This document shows, in pieces, positions 15,988 through 26,182 of a DNA stretch of 64,000 nucleotides (position 1 is its first letter; each line of letters opens with the position of its first letter). Both the position numbers and the translations under genes were made by a program. This DNA comes from a bacterium. Lineage in GTDB: Bacteria; Armatimonadota; Zipacnadia; Zipacnadales; Zipacnadaceae. The stretch lies in contig JAUVZM010000001.1 of assembly GCA_030602615.1 (NCBI GenBank), positions 5,699 through 69,698 of the forward strand. Direction: 5' to 3'. The notes under the pieces are model-generated. The model made no database searches and had not been told where the DNA came from. It saw nothing but the letters and a program-made list of their open reading frames with translations.

Positions 15988-17279
15988 TATCCATCCACCA
16001 CCCGAATCACACTGCATATCTGCTCGACGACGTCCAGCTTCTCGATGGCACTGAGCGCCGCCTGCAGGTGCCGCTCCGGCCCTTTGTGCATAACCCAGAC
16101 GATCTCGGCGACCTCATTACCCGATGATTTCTGGATAACTGACTCAATGCTGACGCTCTCACGCCCCAACAGCGTGGCAATCCGACCCAGAACACCTGGT
16201 TGATCGGTCACGCGCATCCGCACATAAGCACTGCTCTCAATTTCACCCATCGGCCGCAGATTGGCCTCCCCCTCGCAACTGCATGGGGTTCGCCCCCTAC
16301 TGCCATGGACGATGTTGCGCGCGCAGTCAATGACATCGCCCGCCACAGCCGTGCCGGTGGGCAGCGCACCTGCACCCCGCCCGTACAGCATTACCTCACC
16401 ACACTCGGGGCCAGAGACAAATATCGCGTTGAACACCCCCCGCACCGCCGCCAGTGGGTGCTGGACAGGCAGCAGCGCTGGGTGAACACGCAGCTCCAGT
16501 TGGTCCCCGTCTCGCGTGCCGATTGCCAGCAGCTTGATTACATACCCCATCTGCCGGGCATAGTCAATATCCGTGGGTGTGATCTGGGATATGCCCTCCC
16601 GGTATATCTCTTCGACCGGCACGCGGGCGCCAAAAGCCAGCGCCGCCAGAATTGCCAGCTTGTTGACAGCATCAATACCCTCAATGTCAGCAGTGGGGTC
16701 AGCTTCTGCATAGCCTTCGCGCTGGGCGGCGGCCAGGACCTCCGCGAACTGCGTCCCTGCCTCGGTCATCTCGGTAAGAATATAGTTGGTCGTCCCATTG
16801 ACAATACCAATTACCTGGTCAAGCTGGGCCGATGCCAGACTCTCTTTGAGCGAGCGCAGCACCGGTATGACCCCGCCGACACTGCCCTCAAACTGGACAT
16901 CTACCCCATGCTGAGCAGCCAGCGGCAATATCTGTTCGCCGTGCTGGGCGATCATCTCCTTGTTGGGGGTGACTACACTCTTGCCCGCCTGAATTGCCGC
17001 GGTTACGTAGTCCAGCGCCGCCTCTGTGCCACCGATGGCCTCGACGATTATGTCAATGTCGGGATCGTTGATGACTTCATAAGCATCGGTGGTTCTGAGG
17101 TCCGGAGGCACCGAAAAGTCGCGAGGGCGCTCCCAGTCAATATCACAGACGGCGGCCACATCAATGCTCACTTCAGCCACCTGCTCTATGTGTTCGGCGT
17201 TTTTCTGCAATATCTGGTAAAGCCCGCCGCCGACCACTCCGGCTCCCAGTATCCCAATTTGTATGATTCCGTCGCGCAT
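15987..17279 (-). CDS. hom: Homoserine dehydrogenase with C-terminal ACT domain
   Basis: [43 protein letters not shown]. Confidence 0.96.
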   Translation of the reverse strand: MRDGIIQIGILGAGVVGGGLYQILQKNAEHIEQVAEVSIDVAAVCDIDWERPRDFSVPPDLRTTDAYEVINDPDIDIIVEAIGGTEAALDYVTAAIQAGKSVVTPNKEMIAQHGEQILPLAAQHGVDVQFEGSVGGVIPVLRSLKESLASAQLDQVIGIVNGTTNYILTEMTEAGTQFAEVLAAAQREGYAEADPTADIEGIDAVNKLAILAALAFGARVPVEEIYREGISQITPTDIDYARQMGYVIKLLAIGTRDGDQLELRVHPALLPVQHPLAAVRGVFNAIFVSGPECGEVMLYGRGAGALPTGTAVAGDVIDCARNIVHGSRGRTPCSCEGEANLRPMGEIESSAYVRMRVTDQPGVLGRIATLLGRESVSIESVIQKSSGNEVAEIVWVMHKGPERHLQAALSAIEKLDVVEQICSVIRVVDG

Positions 17280-17328
17280 TTGATCCTCACCCGTCCCCAG
17301 CGCTTTGCCACCCAACTGTGTCATCTGG

Positions 17329-17757
17329 CTACGTTTCGATGATCATCAGCACTTCGTCCGCTGCAATTTGCTGACCATCTTCCGCCAAAATATTACCAAT
17401 GACACCCGTGGCGGGCGCGGGGACTTCGTTGAACAGCTTCATTGCCTCAATCACACCGATAGTGTCACCGTAGACCACCTCATCGCCAGTGGCCACAAAA
17501 GGCTCAACATCCGGAGAAGGGCCACGGTAGAAAACACCCGCCAGCGGGGAAAGGACTGGAATATGGTGCTCATCCAACTCTGGACCGTGCTGGGCCTGGT
17601 CCTCTGAGGCTTGGGGCCGCAGGGAGCTTGAAGCGAGAGTCTCAGAAGTTCTCACGATGACCTCTGACTCTCCTACATGCACCTCAATTTCGGCCAGTTC
17701 TTCCTGCTCAACAAGTTCAAGCAGCCAGCGCAGGTCCTCGTTGGATATGCCATTCAT
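17329..17757 (-). CDS. accB: Biotin carboxyl carrier protein
   Basis: SPLAGVFYRGPSP and IEAMKLFNEV biotinylation motif. Confidence 0.93.
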   Translation of the reverse strand: MNGISNEDLRWLLELVEQEELAEIEVHVGESEVIVRTSETLASSSLRPQASEDQAQHGPELDEHHIPVLSPLAGVFYRGPSPDVEPFVATGDEVVYGDTIGVIEAMKLFNEVPAPATGVIGNILAEDGQQIAADEVLMIIET

Positions 17758-17881
17758 ACTTCGGGGCTCCCTGCCATCACACCCCAGCGGGAAGACAACC
17801 AGTGCGCCCCGGGCACCCACCTAGCCAGCAACCAGCGGGGCGCGAGGCGGTGTCGGGCAAAAACTAGACTATGAATACAAC

Positions 17882-17958
17882 TGGTAGCGGAGGAGGGATT
17901 CGAACCCCCGACTACGCGGGTATGAACCGCGCGCTCTAACCAACTGAGCTACTCCGCC
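17882..17958 (-). tRNA. tRNA-Met(CAT), elongator type
   Basis: Reverse complement GGCGGAGTAGCTCAG...CGCGG-TTCATAC-CCGCG...CTCCGCTACCA; 77 nt. Confidence 0.93.
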
Positions 17959-17988
17959 ACCTGTCTCACTGCCACCGATGATCGCTAA

Positions 17989-18144
17989 CTAACTATGTCG
18001 CCGTCTGCCCCGGCCCTTCTTGCTAGACTCGCCGTTATCCTGGGCTTCGCGAGCTATCTTGCGCTTGAGTTCTTCTTCGAACTCAAGAAGTGCTTCCGTA
18101 TCCAGCCTGTCTAATGCTTCGTAGTCTATCTCCAGCTTATTCAT
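17989..18144 (-). CDS. 51-aa hypothetical protein, probably leaderless
   Basis: MNKLEIDYEALDRLDTEALLEFEEELKRKIAREAQDNGESSKKGRGRRRHS; ATG 10 nt downstream of a -10 box. Confidence 0.55.
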   Translation of the reverse strand: MNKLEIDYEALDRLDTEALLEFEEELKRKIAREAQDNGESSKKGRGRRRHS

Positions 18145-18153
18145 AACAGTCAA

Positions 18154-18182
18154 AGGATAGCGTTTCTCGGCCACTATGTCAA
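18154..18182 (-). promoter_or_regulatory. sigma70 promoter for small ORF, tRNA-Met and downstream genes
   Basis: TTGACA-17 bp-TATCCT on the minus strand. Confidence 0.7.
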
Positions 18183-18250
18183 GTTCTCGAACCCCTTTGC
18201 GGCTAACATAGCTGCAACCTTCGCTCAACGAAGCGTATTTCGACCGCAGT

Positions 18251-19666
18251 TCAGGCCAGCCCCAGTCTCTCTTCCCACATCTCACAGACCTGGACGGTCT
18301 TTTGGGCCGCAATTCCAGTATAAAGGCTGGGGTCACGCAGCAGCGCCCGCTGCGACTCAGTAAACTCTTGCAGATATGGGGCCAACTCCTCCGAACTCTC
18401 CAGCAGCTCAACAAACAGCTGGCCCGTGCGCTGGGCCTCCAGAGTAAGCTTGCGAACGGCCTCGTGAGCGTCAGGATGACCGGCAGCCGCCAGTAGGATA
18501 TAGGCTGGCTCCGCCGCAACCATCTCGGCGGTCATCGCGAAGTTCTTCTGCATTCGCTCGCTGTCAGTGACCAGCCGACTCATCACCCGATGCAGTCTCT
18601 TGACTGTGCAAACCAGCGCCACCACAACCTCCGATAGAAATCTTCCCGATGCCGAATTGGTCAGATCGCGTTGGTGCTCGGAGAGCTGGTCGGCATAGAC
18701 CGTCTGCATCCGGGGGGCAAACGCCTTCCACATACTCCTGACGTTCTCAAAATTCCACGGATTGCGCTTATGCGGCATCGTCGAGGAGCCAACCTGCTCA
18801 CTTTCGAAGGCCTCGCCCACCTCGGCTATCTCGGTGCGCTGCAGATGGCGCATATCATCAGCCAGACTGGCCAAAACGCCAAACGTCGAGATGAGTGCAT
18901 GAATGTAGTCCGTCAGAAACTCGGCCTCGACAATCTGCGTGGAATACGGGGAAGGCTGCAAGCCTAACTGATCCAGGACCTCCCGCTCAAACTGCTGGGG
19001 ATCGTCTAGCAGTAGACTGCTGGCGTTGTAGGCACCCACCGCCCCACTGATCTTCCCGCGCAGGTTATCGGCGGCGGCCTGCACTGCCTCAATGCGGCCG
19101 CCCAGCCGGCTGACATATTCAGCCACCGCAAAGCCAAAAGTTATCGGCTCGGCGTGCTGACCGTGGGTGCGACCGATCTGCAGGGTGTCCTTCTCGCGGC
19201 GGGCCAGATTGATAAGAACTTGCTCCAAGTCCAGCAGCCACGGGACGATGACTTCTTCCGTCACTGTCTTGAAGCGCCAGGCCATGGCCGTATCAATGAC
19301 ATCAAAGCTGGTCAGGCACAGATGGATGTAGGGCCGGGCCTCGACGCTGACCTCGGCGCGCATCACGTTGACCAGCGCCCGGATATTGTGGTGGATGCGC
19401 CGCTCCTCTTCGGCAACCACCTCGGGAGCTACCCGCTCAACGGCATCACGGACTTCCTGCGCAATCTGCGGCGAGCAGACCTCCAGATCAGCCAGCGCCT
19501 GAACCGCCGCTGCTTCGACCAGCGCTTCCGACCTGACCCGGCCCCGCTCGCTCATATGCGGTGCCAGTTGCTCTTTGAGTTGGTCATCCGGCCCATAATA
19601 CCGAAAATCCAGCGGGCTTACGCAATCAAAGATTGATATCTGGCTGTTGTCGCTATTCGGTGTCAT
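18251..19666 (-). CDS. purB: Adenylosuccinate lyase
   Basis: SPLDFRY, GRTHGQHAEP, GSSTMPHKRNP, HQRDLTNS. Confidence 0.95.
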   Translation of the reverse strand: MTPNSDNSQISIFDCVSPLDFRYYGPDDQLKEQLAPHMSERGRVRSEALVEAAAVQALADLEVCSPQIAQEVRDAVERVAPEVVAEEERRIHHNIRALVNVMRAEVSVEARPYIHLCLTSFDVIDTAMAWRFKTVTEEVIVPWLLDLEQVLINLARREKDTLQIGRTHGQHAEPITFGFAVAEYVSRLGGRIEAVQAAADNLRGKISGAVGAYNASSLLLDDPQQFEREVLDQLGLQPSPYSTQIVEAEFLTDYIHALISTFGVLASLADDMRHLQRTEIAEVGEAFESEQVGSSTMPHKRNPWNFENVRSMWKAFAPRMQTVYADQLSEHQRDLTNSASGRFLSEVVVALVCTVKRLHRVMSRLVTDSERMQKNFAMTAEMVAAEPAYILLAAAGHPDAHEAVRKLTLEAQRTGQLFVELLESSEELAPYLQEFTESQRALLRDPSLYTGIAAQKTVQVCEMWEERLGLA

Positions 19667-19705
19667 CGCTTTCCCCTGCCCTCCTTGTTGCAGTGGCTGC
19701 CACGG

Positions 19706-22009
19706 TCAGTCTTCGCTGCGCGCCGCACAAACCCTGACCACCAGTGCCTCCGGCGGGTAGGTCAGCGGCTGAGTCACTAGGCGCGTTTCCTGCTCCAGCT
19801 CAGTGAACGTAGTCACATCTACCCGCTGGGGCAGCGCTGGAATCTCCAGTCTAACTCCCGGTACATCAGAATAGAAGAACCACTCCCCGCCGTCGCGCAC
19901 CAGCTCCCACACCCCGCCACTTTGATAGATGGTCAGCACATCCTGGCCAGCGACGACCACTGACAACGGCTGCTGGGTGCGCCGACCTCCGGTCAGTACG
20001 GGCGCAATTCCGTCTTCCAGCAGTGCATAGATGCTGCTGCCTGCCTTCACGAAGTGCCGGCGACTGCGCTGGCCGGTATTGCGACAGCGCCCGACGTGCT
20101 TTAGGATCCAAGCCTGCGCAGACTCCACCGCCGCTCCGTCCAGACTGCACCAGGCAAGCGTGCCGTCCAACTGCCCTGACCCTACCGAGAGTATTCCCAG
20201 CTCACTATCAGCTTTCGCCGAGTCAGTCCCCGACTCCTGCCCGCTGATGAAGCCGAACCGCTCATATAAACGGGGGGCGGGGATTTGACCGGGAAGGTGA
20301 TCAATAACCTGCGGGCGGTTACCTGAGGTAATCTGAGCCAGGATCTCGGCCTTCCGCTCCCGGGCATCAGGCCGCAGATAGACGCGGTCCACAGCCACCG
20401 GCGGGCAGCCAGGGAGCCAGTTGACCACTTGGGCGCCGGCGGCCAGATCATAGACCTCATCAACCAGCGTCCCGTCACCGCTGTGCCACAGATCAGCCTC
20501 GCTGAAGACCACGCAGACTGTTGAGTCGTGCTTGATATTCGCAGTGCGAAACATCTCCCCGGCAAGCCCGGCCAGCCCCCAGCGGGCGGGATCAGCCGAC
20601 AGATCAAAATACGAAAGCTTACCTGAATCCTGCTGACAACCGTAGGAAAAAAGAATCATCCCATCAACATCCTGCTCAGCCGCACAGCGCGCCGTCTGCA
20701 GAAGGCCCTCGGCCCGATACGGACTGGGCCAGCAGACATTCCACTCGCGAATCACCAGGGGCTTGCCCGCCACTCGCGGCCCGCACAGCCGCCGTCGGGC
20801 CGTGTCTGGCCCGCGCGCCACCAAGGGATTGCCCGACTCAAAATAGGCCAGCACCTCGCTGGGACGATCTGGCTTGAACAAGGGATGGGCGAAGTAGTAA
20901 TTTGAGGCCACAAAATCCAACTCCGAGGCCACCGCAAAAAGGTCAGCCGGATACTCAAAGTCAGTCACCGCACTTATCGGCACCTGCACGCCCATCCCGC
21001 GCAGCACCTGGCACATATGCTGAAAGTATTCGCGATGCACTCGCGCCGCAAAGCGCCGTGCATCGGCCCGGCGACCAGCGCTCATCGGAGCAGATAGCGC
21101 CACACCCGGCAAACTCACCGTACCAGCCGCCAGACTCTCAAAGCCAGCCAGCGGCTGAGGGCATCCCGAACTGCGCCAGGCACTGACAAGCTGCTCAGTG
21201 GTACCATATTTGTCCTGTAACCAGCCATTCCACCGTTGGATAAGCTCACGCCGATAGGGCGGCATTATCCGCCGCCACTCATCTTCACTGGCCAGCAGCC
21301 CGTTCTCATCGCACAGCTCAACCAGCGCAACAGTGGGATCCTCAGCATAACTCAAGCCCGTGTACGGATTTGTGTGCTCTACCAGCAACTGGCGGGCATA
21401 CTGGACCTGCAACTCAATAAGCCGGTCAGAGAACACTGCATACGGCTTGGCACCTCGCCCCAGCAGGCTGCCGTTGGCAACCCCCTCTTCCTCCCAGAAG
21501 GTGCGATAGTCCAGCAGGTCCAGATAGACCCAAATTCCCCGCTCGCCCAGCGCAGCAACCCAGTAGTCAACCGCATCGAGCTTGTCAGGATCGATGCGCT
21601 GCGGCAGGCCGGCTCGCTCGCGCGGCAGCAGCCCGCCCACGTCGTCAATGTGGTGCAGCCTCACCAGATTGAAACCAGCTCTGGCGAACAGGTCAGCCAT
21701 TGCCTCAATGCTGGCGTGAGATTGAAAAACAGCATCCTTGGCGACATTGATACCCCAAAAGCGGACTCGGGTGCCGTCAGGAGTACAAAAATGCCCATCT
21801 CGGTCCACGGACAGAATGCCGCCTGAAGCAGAGGATGGCGACAGGTGCCTGCTAAAATCCACCAGCGAGGAGTCCGCGAAGTGCGTGCTGTTTACGTCCA
21901 GATGCGGCCGCGCCTCCAGATTGACCAGCTCTGCGCCGACTGGTAACGCGTGGGCGGCAAGCGCAACTGACACCGCCGCCAGCAACAGCCAATGCCTTCG
22001 ACGTCTCAT
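19706..22009 (-). CDS. Secreted clan GH-A (GH5-like) glycoside hydrolase
   Basis: Signal peptide; VRFWGINV, FNLVRLHH, GIWVYLDL, NPYTG, ELCDEN (acid/base), IREWN (nucleophile). Confidence 0.7.
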   Translation of the reverse strand: MRRRRHWLLLAAVSVALAAHALPVGAELVNLEARPHLDVNSTHFADSSLVDFSRHLSPSSASGGILSVDRDGHFCTPDGTRVRFWGINVAKDAVFQSHASIEAMADLFARAGFNLVRLHHIDDVGGLLPRERAGLPQRIDPDKLDAVDYWVAALGERGIWVYLDLLDYRTFWEEEGVANGSLLGRGAKPYAVFSDRLIELQVQYARQLLVEHTNPYTGLSYAEDPTVALVELCDENGLLASEDEWRRIMPPYRRELIQRWNGWLQDKYGTTEQLVSAWRSSGCPQPLAGFESLAAGTVSLPGVALSAPMSAGRRADARRFAARVHREYFQHMCQVLRGMGVQVPISAVTDFEYPADLFAVASELDFVASNYYFAHPLFKPDRPSEVLAYFESGNPLVARGPDTARRRLCGPRVAGKPLVIREWNVCWPSPYRAEGLLQTARCAAEQDVDGMILFSYGCQQDSGKLSYFDLSADPARWGLAGLAGEMFRTANIKHDSTVCVVFSEADLWHSGDGTLVDEVYDLAAGAQVVNWLPGCPPVAVDRVYLRPDARERKAEILAQITSGNRPQVIDHLPGQIPAPRLYERFGFISGQESGTDSAKADSELGILSVGSGQLDGTLAWCSLDGAAVESAQAWILKHVGRCRNTGQRSRRHFVKAGSSIYALLEDGIAPVLTGGRRTQQPLSVVVAGQDVLTIYQSGGVWELVRDGGEWFFYSDVPGVRLEIPALPQRVDVTTFTELEQETRLVTQPLTYPPEALVVRVCAARSED

Positions 22010-23904
22010 AGCCCGCTGTCCTCCTGACTGGCTGCCAGTGTAGCGCCTGGGCGGCTGCTGGGCAGCGGTACCATCTTGAATCCGCGTTGCTTTAGTTCCT
22101 GCAGCAAATCCGGCAGAATCTGCACTGTCTCGTCCTCGCCATTGTGGAGCAGACAGACACCACCGGGTTGTATATCCCCGAGCAACCCGCTCTTCACATA
22201 GTGAGCCGGCTGCCCGGCGTAGTCGCTAATGTTAGCTGTCCAGAAGACTGTGGTGTAGCCCCAAAGCCCGCTAGCCTGGCGGACGGCCTCATCATAGTGG
22301 CCCCCCGGCGGTCGGAACAGAGTAACATTGACACCGGCAGCCCGGCGAATGGCCGCGCGGCTGCGCACCAGCTCGCGTTCAACCTCCAGAGCAGGCAACG
22401 GGCGCATGTCGCGGTGAGTATATGAATGTGACGCTACTGTGTGTCCTCTGGTCACAATCTCGCGTGCCAATGCAGGATACAAATCAACCTGCTTACCCAC
22501 CAGAAAGAAGGTGGCTTTGGCCCCCACTCGATCCAGATGGTCAAGTATCCACGGCGTGATCTTAGGATGCGGTCCGTCATCGAAGGTAAGCGCAACCGCC
22601 TGCCCCACAGAACCCAACTGATGCAGTTCGCTGGGCGAACCCCTTGTAGGAACGCCCACCTGCTGGTAGGCCGCCAGCAAATCCCCGCGCAGTCGGGGCA
22701 ACTGCGGCGACTTGACGAAAGCCTGCTCGTAGTCATCTACAGCCCGCTCATATGCTCCCTGAGCCTGCCAGACGCACCCGCGCAGGTGCTCCCACAGCCC
22801 GGGATAGGGCTGCAGTAACAGATAGGGCCGCAGCACCTCAGTTGTCATCTGACGGGCATGCAACTCCTGAGGGGTCAGCGTGCGATTGCCCTTGGCCACG
22901 ACCACTCCCACCGCGGCCGTGCGCAGGATATTTCCATCTCTGTCATAAGCGTCAGCTCGCAACTGCTGCCAGCCATCCCCGATGCCCGCCGTTGTCACGG
23001 TCAATCCAAACGGCATTTGATTGCTCATGCCCACAAACTTCTCGCCCAGCAGCACCGCCACATAGTTGATTTCCAGCTTGCCTCTGACCTGCAAGCGTAC
23101 CCGCACATTCTCCGATACGGTCGAGCCGTGGCGCGGCGAGGTAATCTCGAAATCCGGTTCCTGGTGCAGAAGCCCTTCTCCACCTTCGGGCAACGCAGCT
23201 ACAGTTGTAGGGGGGGGAACAACCTCGGCAAGCGGATGGCTTTGCGCGTAGTACGTTTGTGGAGCAAACAAGCAGTCACTTACCAGCAAACCACCGACCG
23301 ACGGACCCGCCAGTGGCTGCTCGGTGGCAGCGGCGGCCTCGGCAAACTGCTGCCTGGCCAGCAGAGCAGCAGCTTTCACATAGCGGGCCAGAGGGTGTGT
23401 CGGCTCAGCGGCCAGCACCCGCTCTGCTGCAGCCAGCGCGCTGTCATACAGACCCTGCCGGCACTGCAAATAGGCAAGTCCAGCAGTAACTTCAGCTTGC
23501 TCAGTACCGGACAGGTCGCCCTTCAGCAGCTCATCGCAGATCCTCAAGCCGGCCTGATCATCACCCAACTGGTAGTAAGCCGCCACCAGGCCCAGCCCTC
23601 CCAGGGACGAGGTGGGGGCCAGTGCCGCCACCGCCTGGAAGTCAGCTACTGCCTGCTGGCTATCGCCCTGCAGCAAGTGCACCGTACCGAGTCCCGCTCG
23701 CGCCTCGGCGCAGCGGCTGTCCTGCTGGTAAGCAGCCTCAAACTGCCCGGCAGCACCGACCAACTCACCCCGTCCTAGCAACTGGCAGCCGGCCAGCAAC
23801 TTCGGCCCTACCGACCCCGTGGCCGGCCCCGGCCAGGTCAGGATGGCCAGCATCGCCAGCCACCGCAGTCCGCGCATCGTTTTGTCGCTTGGAGGTTGTG
23901 ACAT
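22006..23904 (-). CDS. Secreted TPR + Ig-like + NodB/CE4 polysaccharide deacetylase
   Basis: TPR-like helices, then ALTFDDGP, HSYTH, LFRPPGG, LLHNG. Confidence 0.85.
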   Translation of the reverse strand: MSQPPSDKTMRGLRWLAMLAILTWPGPATGSVGPKLLAGCQLLGRGELVGAAGQFEAAYQQDSRCAEARAGLGTVHLLQGDSQQAVADFQAVAALAPTSSLGGLGLVAAYYQLGDDQAGLRICDELLKGDLSGTEQAEVTAGLAYLQCRQGLYDSALAAAERVLAAEPTHPLARYVKAAALLARQQFAEAAAATEQPLAGPSVGGLLVSDCLFAPQTYYAQSHPLAEVVPPPTTVAALPEGGEGLLHQEPDFEITSPRHGSTVSENVRVRLQVRGKLEINYVAVLLGEKFVGMSNQMPFGLTVTTAGIGDGWQQLRADAYDRDGNILRTAAVGVVVAKGNRTLTPQELHARQMTTEVLRPYLLLQPYPGLWEHLRGCVWQAQGAYERAVDDYEQAFVKSPQLPRLRGDLLAAYQQVGVPTRGSPSELHQLGSVGQAVALTFDDGPHPKITPWILDHLDRVGAKATFFLVGKQVDLYPALAREIVTRGHTVASHSYTHRDMRPLPALEVERELVRSRAAIRRAAGVNVTLFRPPGGHYDEAVRQASGLWGYTTVFWTANISDYAGQPAHYVKSGLLGDIQPGGVCLLHNGEDETVQILPDLLQELKQRGFKMVPLPSSRPGATLAASQEDSGL

Positions 23905-24018
23905 CAGAAGTGCCCGTCACCAACGACAGTCTTATCACGGCAGGCAGTGGTCGAACTGTCTCTTTACGGTGGTAGAGCCAGCTCGCAACTGACCGCCTGG
24001 GTCACGTCCCGCCCGTGC

Positions 24019-24807
24019 CTATTCGCCGTCCGTGACCAGCTCTACCTCGCCGGCAGTAATCTCGCGCTCGCCCTCAAGTGTATTAACCACCAGCGCCCCA
24101 CTGTCCGTGAGGGCCGTCGCCGTTCCACAGATTCGTTCTTCCCCGAGATGAACACAGACACTGCGCCCCAACACGCCCTCAAATCTGCGATACCGACCGA
24201 CCACTTCTGCCGGCCCACCGCCCTGAAATTGCTGGTAGATATCATCAATCTTCTCAAGTATACCCACCAGCACCTCCTTGCGGGGCAGCGGCGCGCCATA
24301 ATGTTTCTCCAAAGTGGTCAGGGCAGCCCCGACTTGGGCCTGCAGCGACTCGGGTCGGCCGTTGACATTCAAGCCCACCCCCACCACAACCGCACCACCA
24401 CGCTGCTCCAGCAGGATGCCGCCAACCTTATGGCCGGCGATGAGCAGATCATTGGGCCACTTGGTGTCAACGGGGAACGAATACTCAGAGGCGAGTGATT
24501 CTGCGCAGGCGGCGGCAGCCCCCAGCGATAGGATGGCCACCTGACTCTGCTCACAAGTCGGGCGCAGCAGCACGGAAAAAAGTAGAGCCTGGCCCGGCTC
24601 ATCCAGCCAGCGCCGTCCTCGGCGCCCCCGCCCGGCAGTCTGAGTGTCGGCGACGACTACCGTCCCTTCGGCCTGGCCCGCCTCAGCCAGACGCAGGGCC
24701 TGCTCGTTAGTGGAATCTATTCGAGGGTAGCATCGAATGCTGCGCCCCACTACTTCGGTGGCAAGCTCGCTCGGGCACCAGGAGGTATCCAGCGAGCTAC
24801 TGGCCAT
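24019..24807 (-). CDS. birA: Biotin-protein ligase (no HTH domain)
   Basis: IDSTN, QTAGRGRRGRRW, KWPNDL, KVGGILLE, GVGLNV; ATG at 24807 overlaps the upstream stop. Confidence 0.93.
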   Translation of the reverse strand: MASSSLDTSWCPSELATEVVGRSIRCYPRIDSTNEQALRLAEAGQAEGTVVVADTQTAGRGRRGRRWLDEPGQALLFSVLLRPTCEQSQVAILSLGAAAACAESLASEYSFPVDTKWPNDLLIAGHKVGGILLEQRGGAVVVGVGLNVNGRPESLQAQVGAALTTLEKHYGAPLPRKEVLVGILEKIDDIYQQFQGGGPAEVVGRYRRFEGVLGRSVCVHLGEERICGTATALTDSGALVVNTLEGEREITAGEVELVTDGE

Positions 24808-26134
24808 CGTCCCCAGCAGGGCAGCAGATGCGATAGGTTCCGTCCTCAACAACATCCAACTGGCAGCCACCGAGTTCAGCGAGAATGCGCAGTGCCGCTT
24901 CACCCGGCACTCCCTCGCTGAAGTCGTGAGTGACCAGCTTCTGACCCAGGCCCTCGCCCACCGTCACTTTCATATCTGCCTCGCAGGCAACCGCCCGAAT
25001 CGCCTCGTCAAGGGGAGTATCTTCAAAGACCTGCGTGGTGACATGCTTAGGTGGGGCCTCAAAGCCGGGAATAGCCACAGTGGTTGATGCCGCTACCCCG
25101 GGCAGTTCCGAGGACACTTCCACCAGGCACTGCTGTGTGCCGGTTTCGCTGGCGACGATGCCAAAGAAAAGCTGCTTGGGCTCGTCCGCCGGCAGCGCAC
25201 CCTGGTAGATGATAGGCCGGTCGTCCACCAGCCGCAGGGTGCCCTGCGGCTGCACCCGGACCACCGCACTCTCTACGCTGGCCTGCGGCTGAATGCTCAC
25301 TCCCACCTCCACTGGCTCGCCCACAATGCGCTTCTCCAGCGAGGGTGGCGTTATGACCACCCTGGCACCTGCCTCAACCTTGGCCACGGCCGGGGCCGCG
25401 CTTGACGGCCCATAAGGCCCACCCCCCAGCGGCACGCGCTCTCCAGCAGCCGGTCCCGTCATCCCGCTCGCTCCCCCGGGAGCCGCCGCATCTTCCTCCG
25501 ATGCTTCAATCTCGGGCACAGCGGCATGCTTGGCAGCGTCGGCACCGGGTAACCCTGGTCCCCCACCACCTGCGGGCGGTTCGCCGCCAGACGCCTCTTT
25601 CGTCTCCCTTCGCGTCTCGGTTGGGACACTCTCCTGTGGCTGCGGAGCCACAGCCGGCGCTTCGACAACTGCTTTTTCTTCGTCTAACGCAGCCGGTCCC
25701 GCCAGTTGAGCCGGGCTTTCTTCGTCAGGAACTGCCCGCTCGAGGGATCTCTGGACAATGTCAGCCGGCTGCCCACTGAGACGCTCTGAGACGGGTCCGA
25801 TGCGCTGATACGAAAAGATCGCCACAAAGCCGACCACCAGCGCGGCAGCCGCGGCTGCTGCGCCCAGATGCTGCCAGGAAACTCTAAACCGAGGCGAGGC
25901 AGGCTGAGCTTGCGCTGTGACTGCTCGGTTGATGCGGGACAGCAGGTTTGCCGGCGGAGCTACTACCTCCAGGCCGTGCAAGGCAGCCACCGTGCGCCGA
26001 AACGCCTCAAGCTCCCCGGCACAATCCGGGCACTGGCGCAGGTGCACAGCCATCTGCTCCTGCTGCGGAGTGGGCAGGCTTCCTTCCAGATAGTCAGTAA
26101 ATTGTCCCTGGCACCTATCACACTTCATAGTCAA
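24797..26134 (-). CDS. Zinc-finger (zf-HC2) transmembrane anti-sigma factor with C-terminal STN-like domain
   Basis: C...HLRQCPDC ZAS motif, one TM helix, Pro/Ala linker, Ig-like stretch, FEDTPLDEAIRAVA...EAALRILAELGG. Confidence 0.8.
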   Translation of the reverse strand: MTMKCDRCQGQFTDYLEGSLPTPQQEQMAVHLRQCPDCAGELEAFRRTVAALHGLEVVAPPANLLSRINRAVTAQAQPASPRFRVSWQHLGAAAAAAALVVGFVAIFSYQRIGPVSERLSGQPADIVQRSLERAVPDEESPAQLAGPAALDEEKAVVEAPAVAPQPQESVPTETRRETKEASGGEPPAGGGGPGLPGADAAKHAAVPEIEASEEDAAAPGGASGMTGPAAGERVPLGGGPYGPSSAAPAVAKVEAGARVVITPPSLEKRIVGEPVEVGVSIQPQASVESAVVRVQPQGTLRLVDDRPIIYQGALPADEPKQLFFGIVASETGTQQCLVEVSSELPGVAASTTVAIPGFEAPPKHVTTQVFEDTPLDEAIRAVACEADMKVTVGEGLGQKLVTHDFSEGVPGEAALRILAELGGCQLDVVEDGTYRICCPAGDDGQ

Positions 26135-26182
26135 CTGCTCCCCGCCGAAAGACGGTGCGCCCGTGGTGCTAACCGTATGACT

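Noticed and set aside
14635-17342. Long + strand ORFs (345 and 380 aa); similarly 25868-26956, 29207-30457, 35212-36384, 47766-48947 and 49765-50721
   Set aside because: Antisense to well-supported genes, expected at high GC, and without motifs.
17882-17958. tRNA(CAT) as the Ile2 substrate of nearby tilS, or as an integration site
   Set aside because: The acceptor stem and anticodon arm fit an elongator Met, and no duplicated 3' end or integrase was seen.
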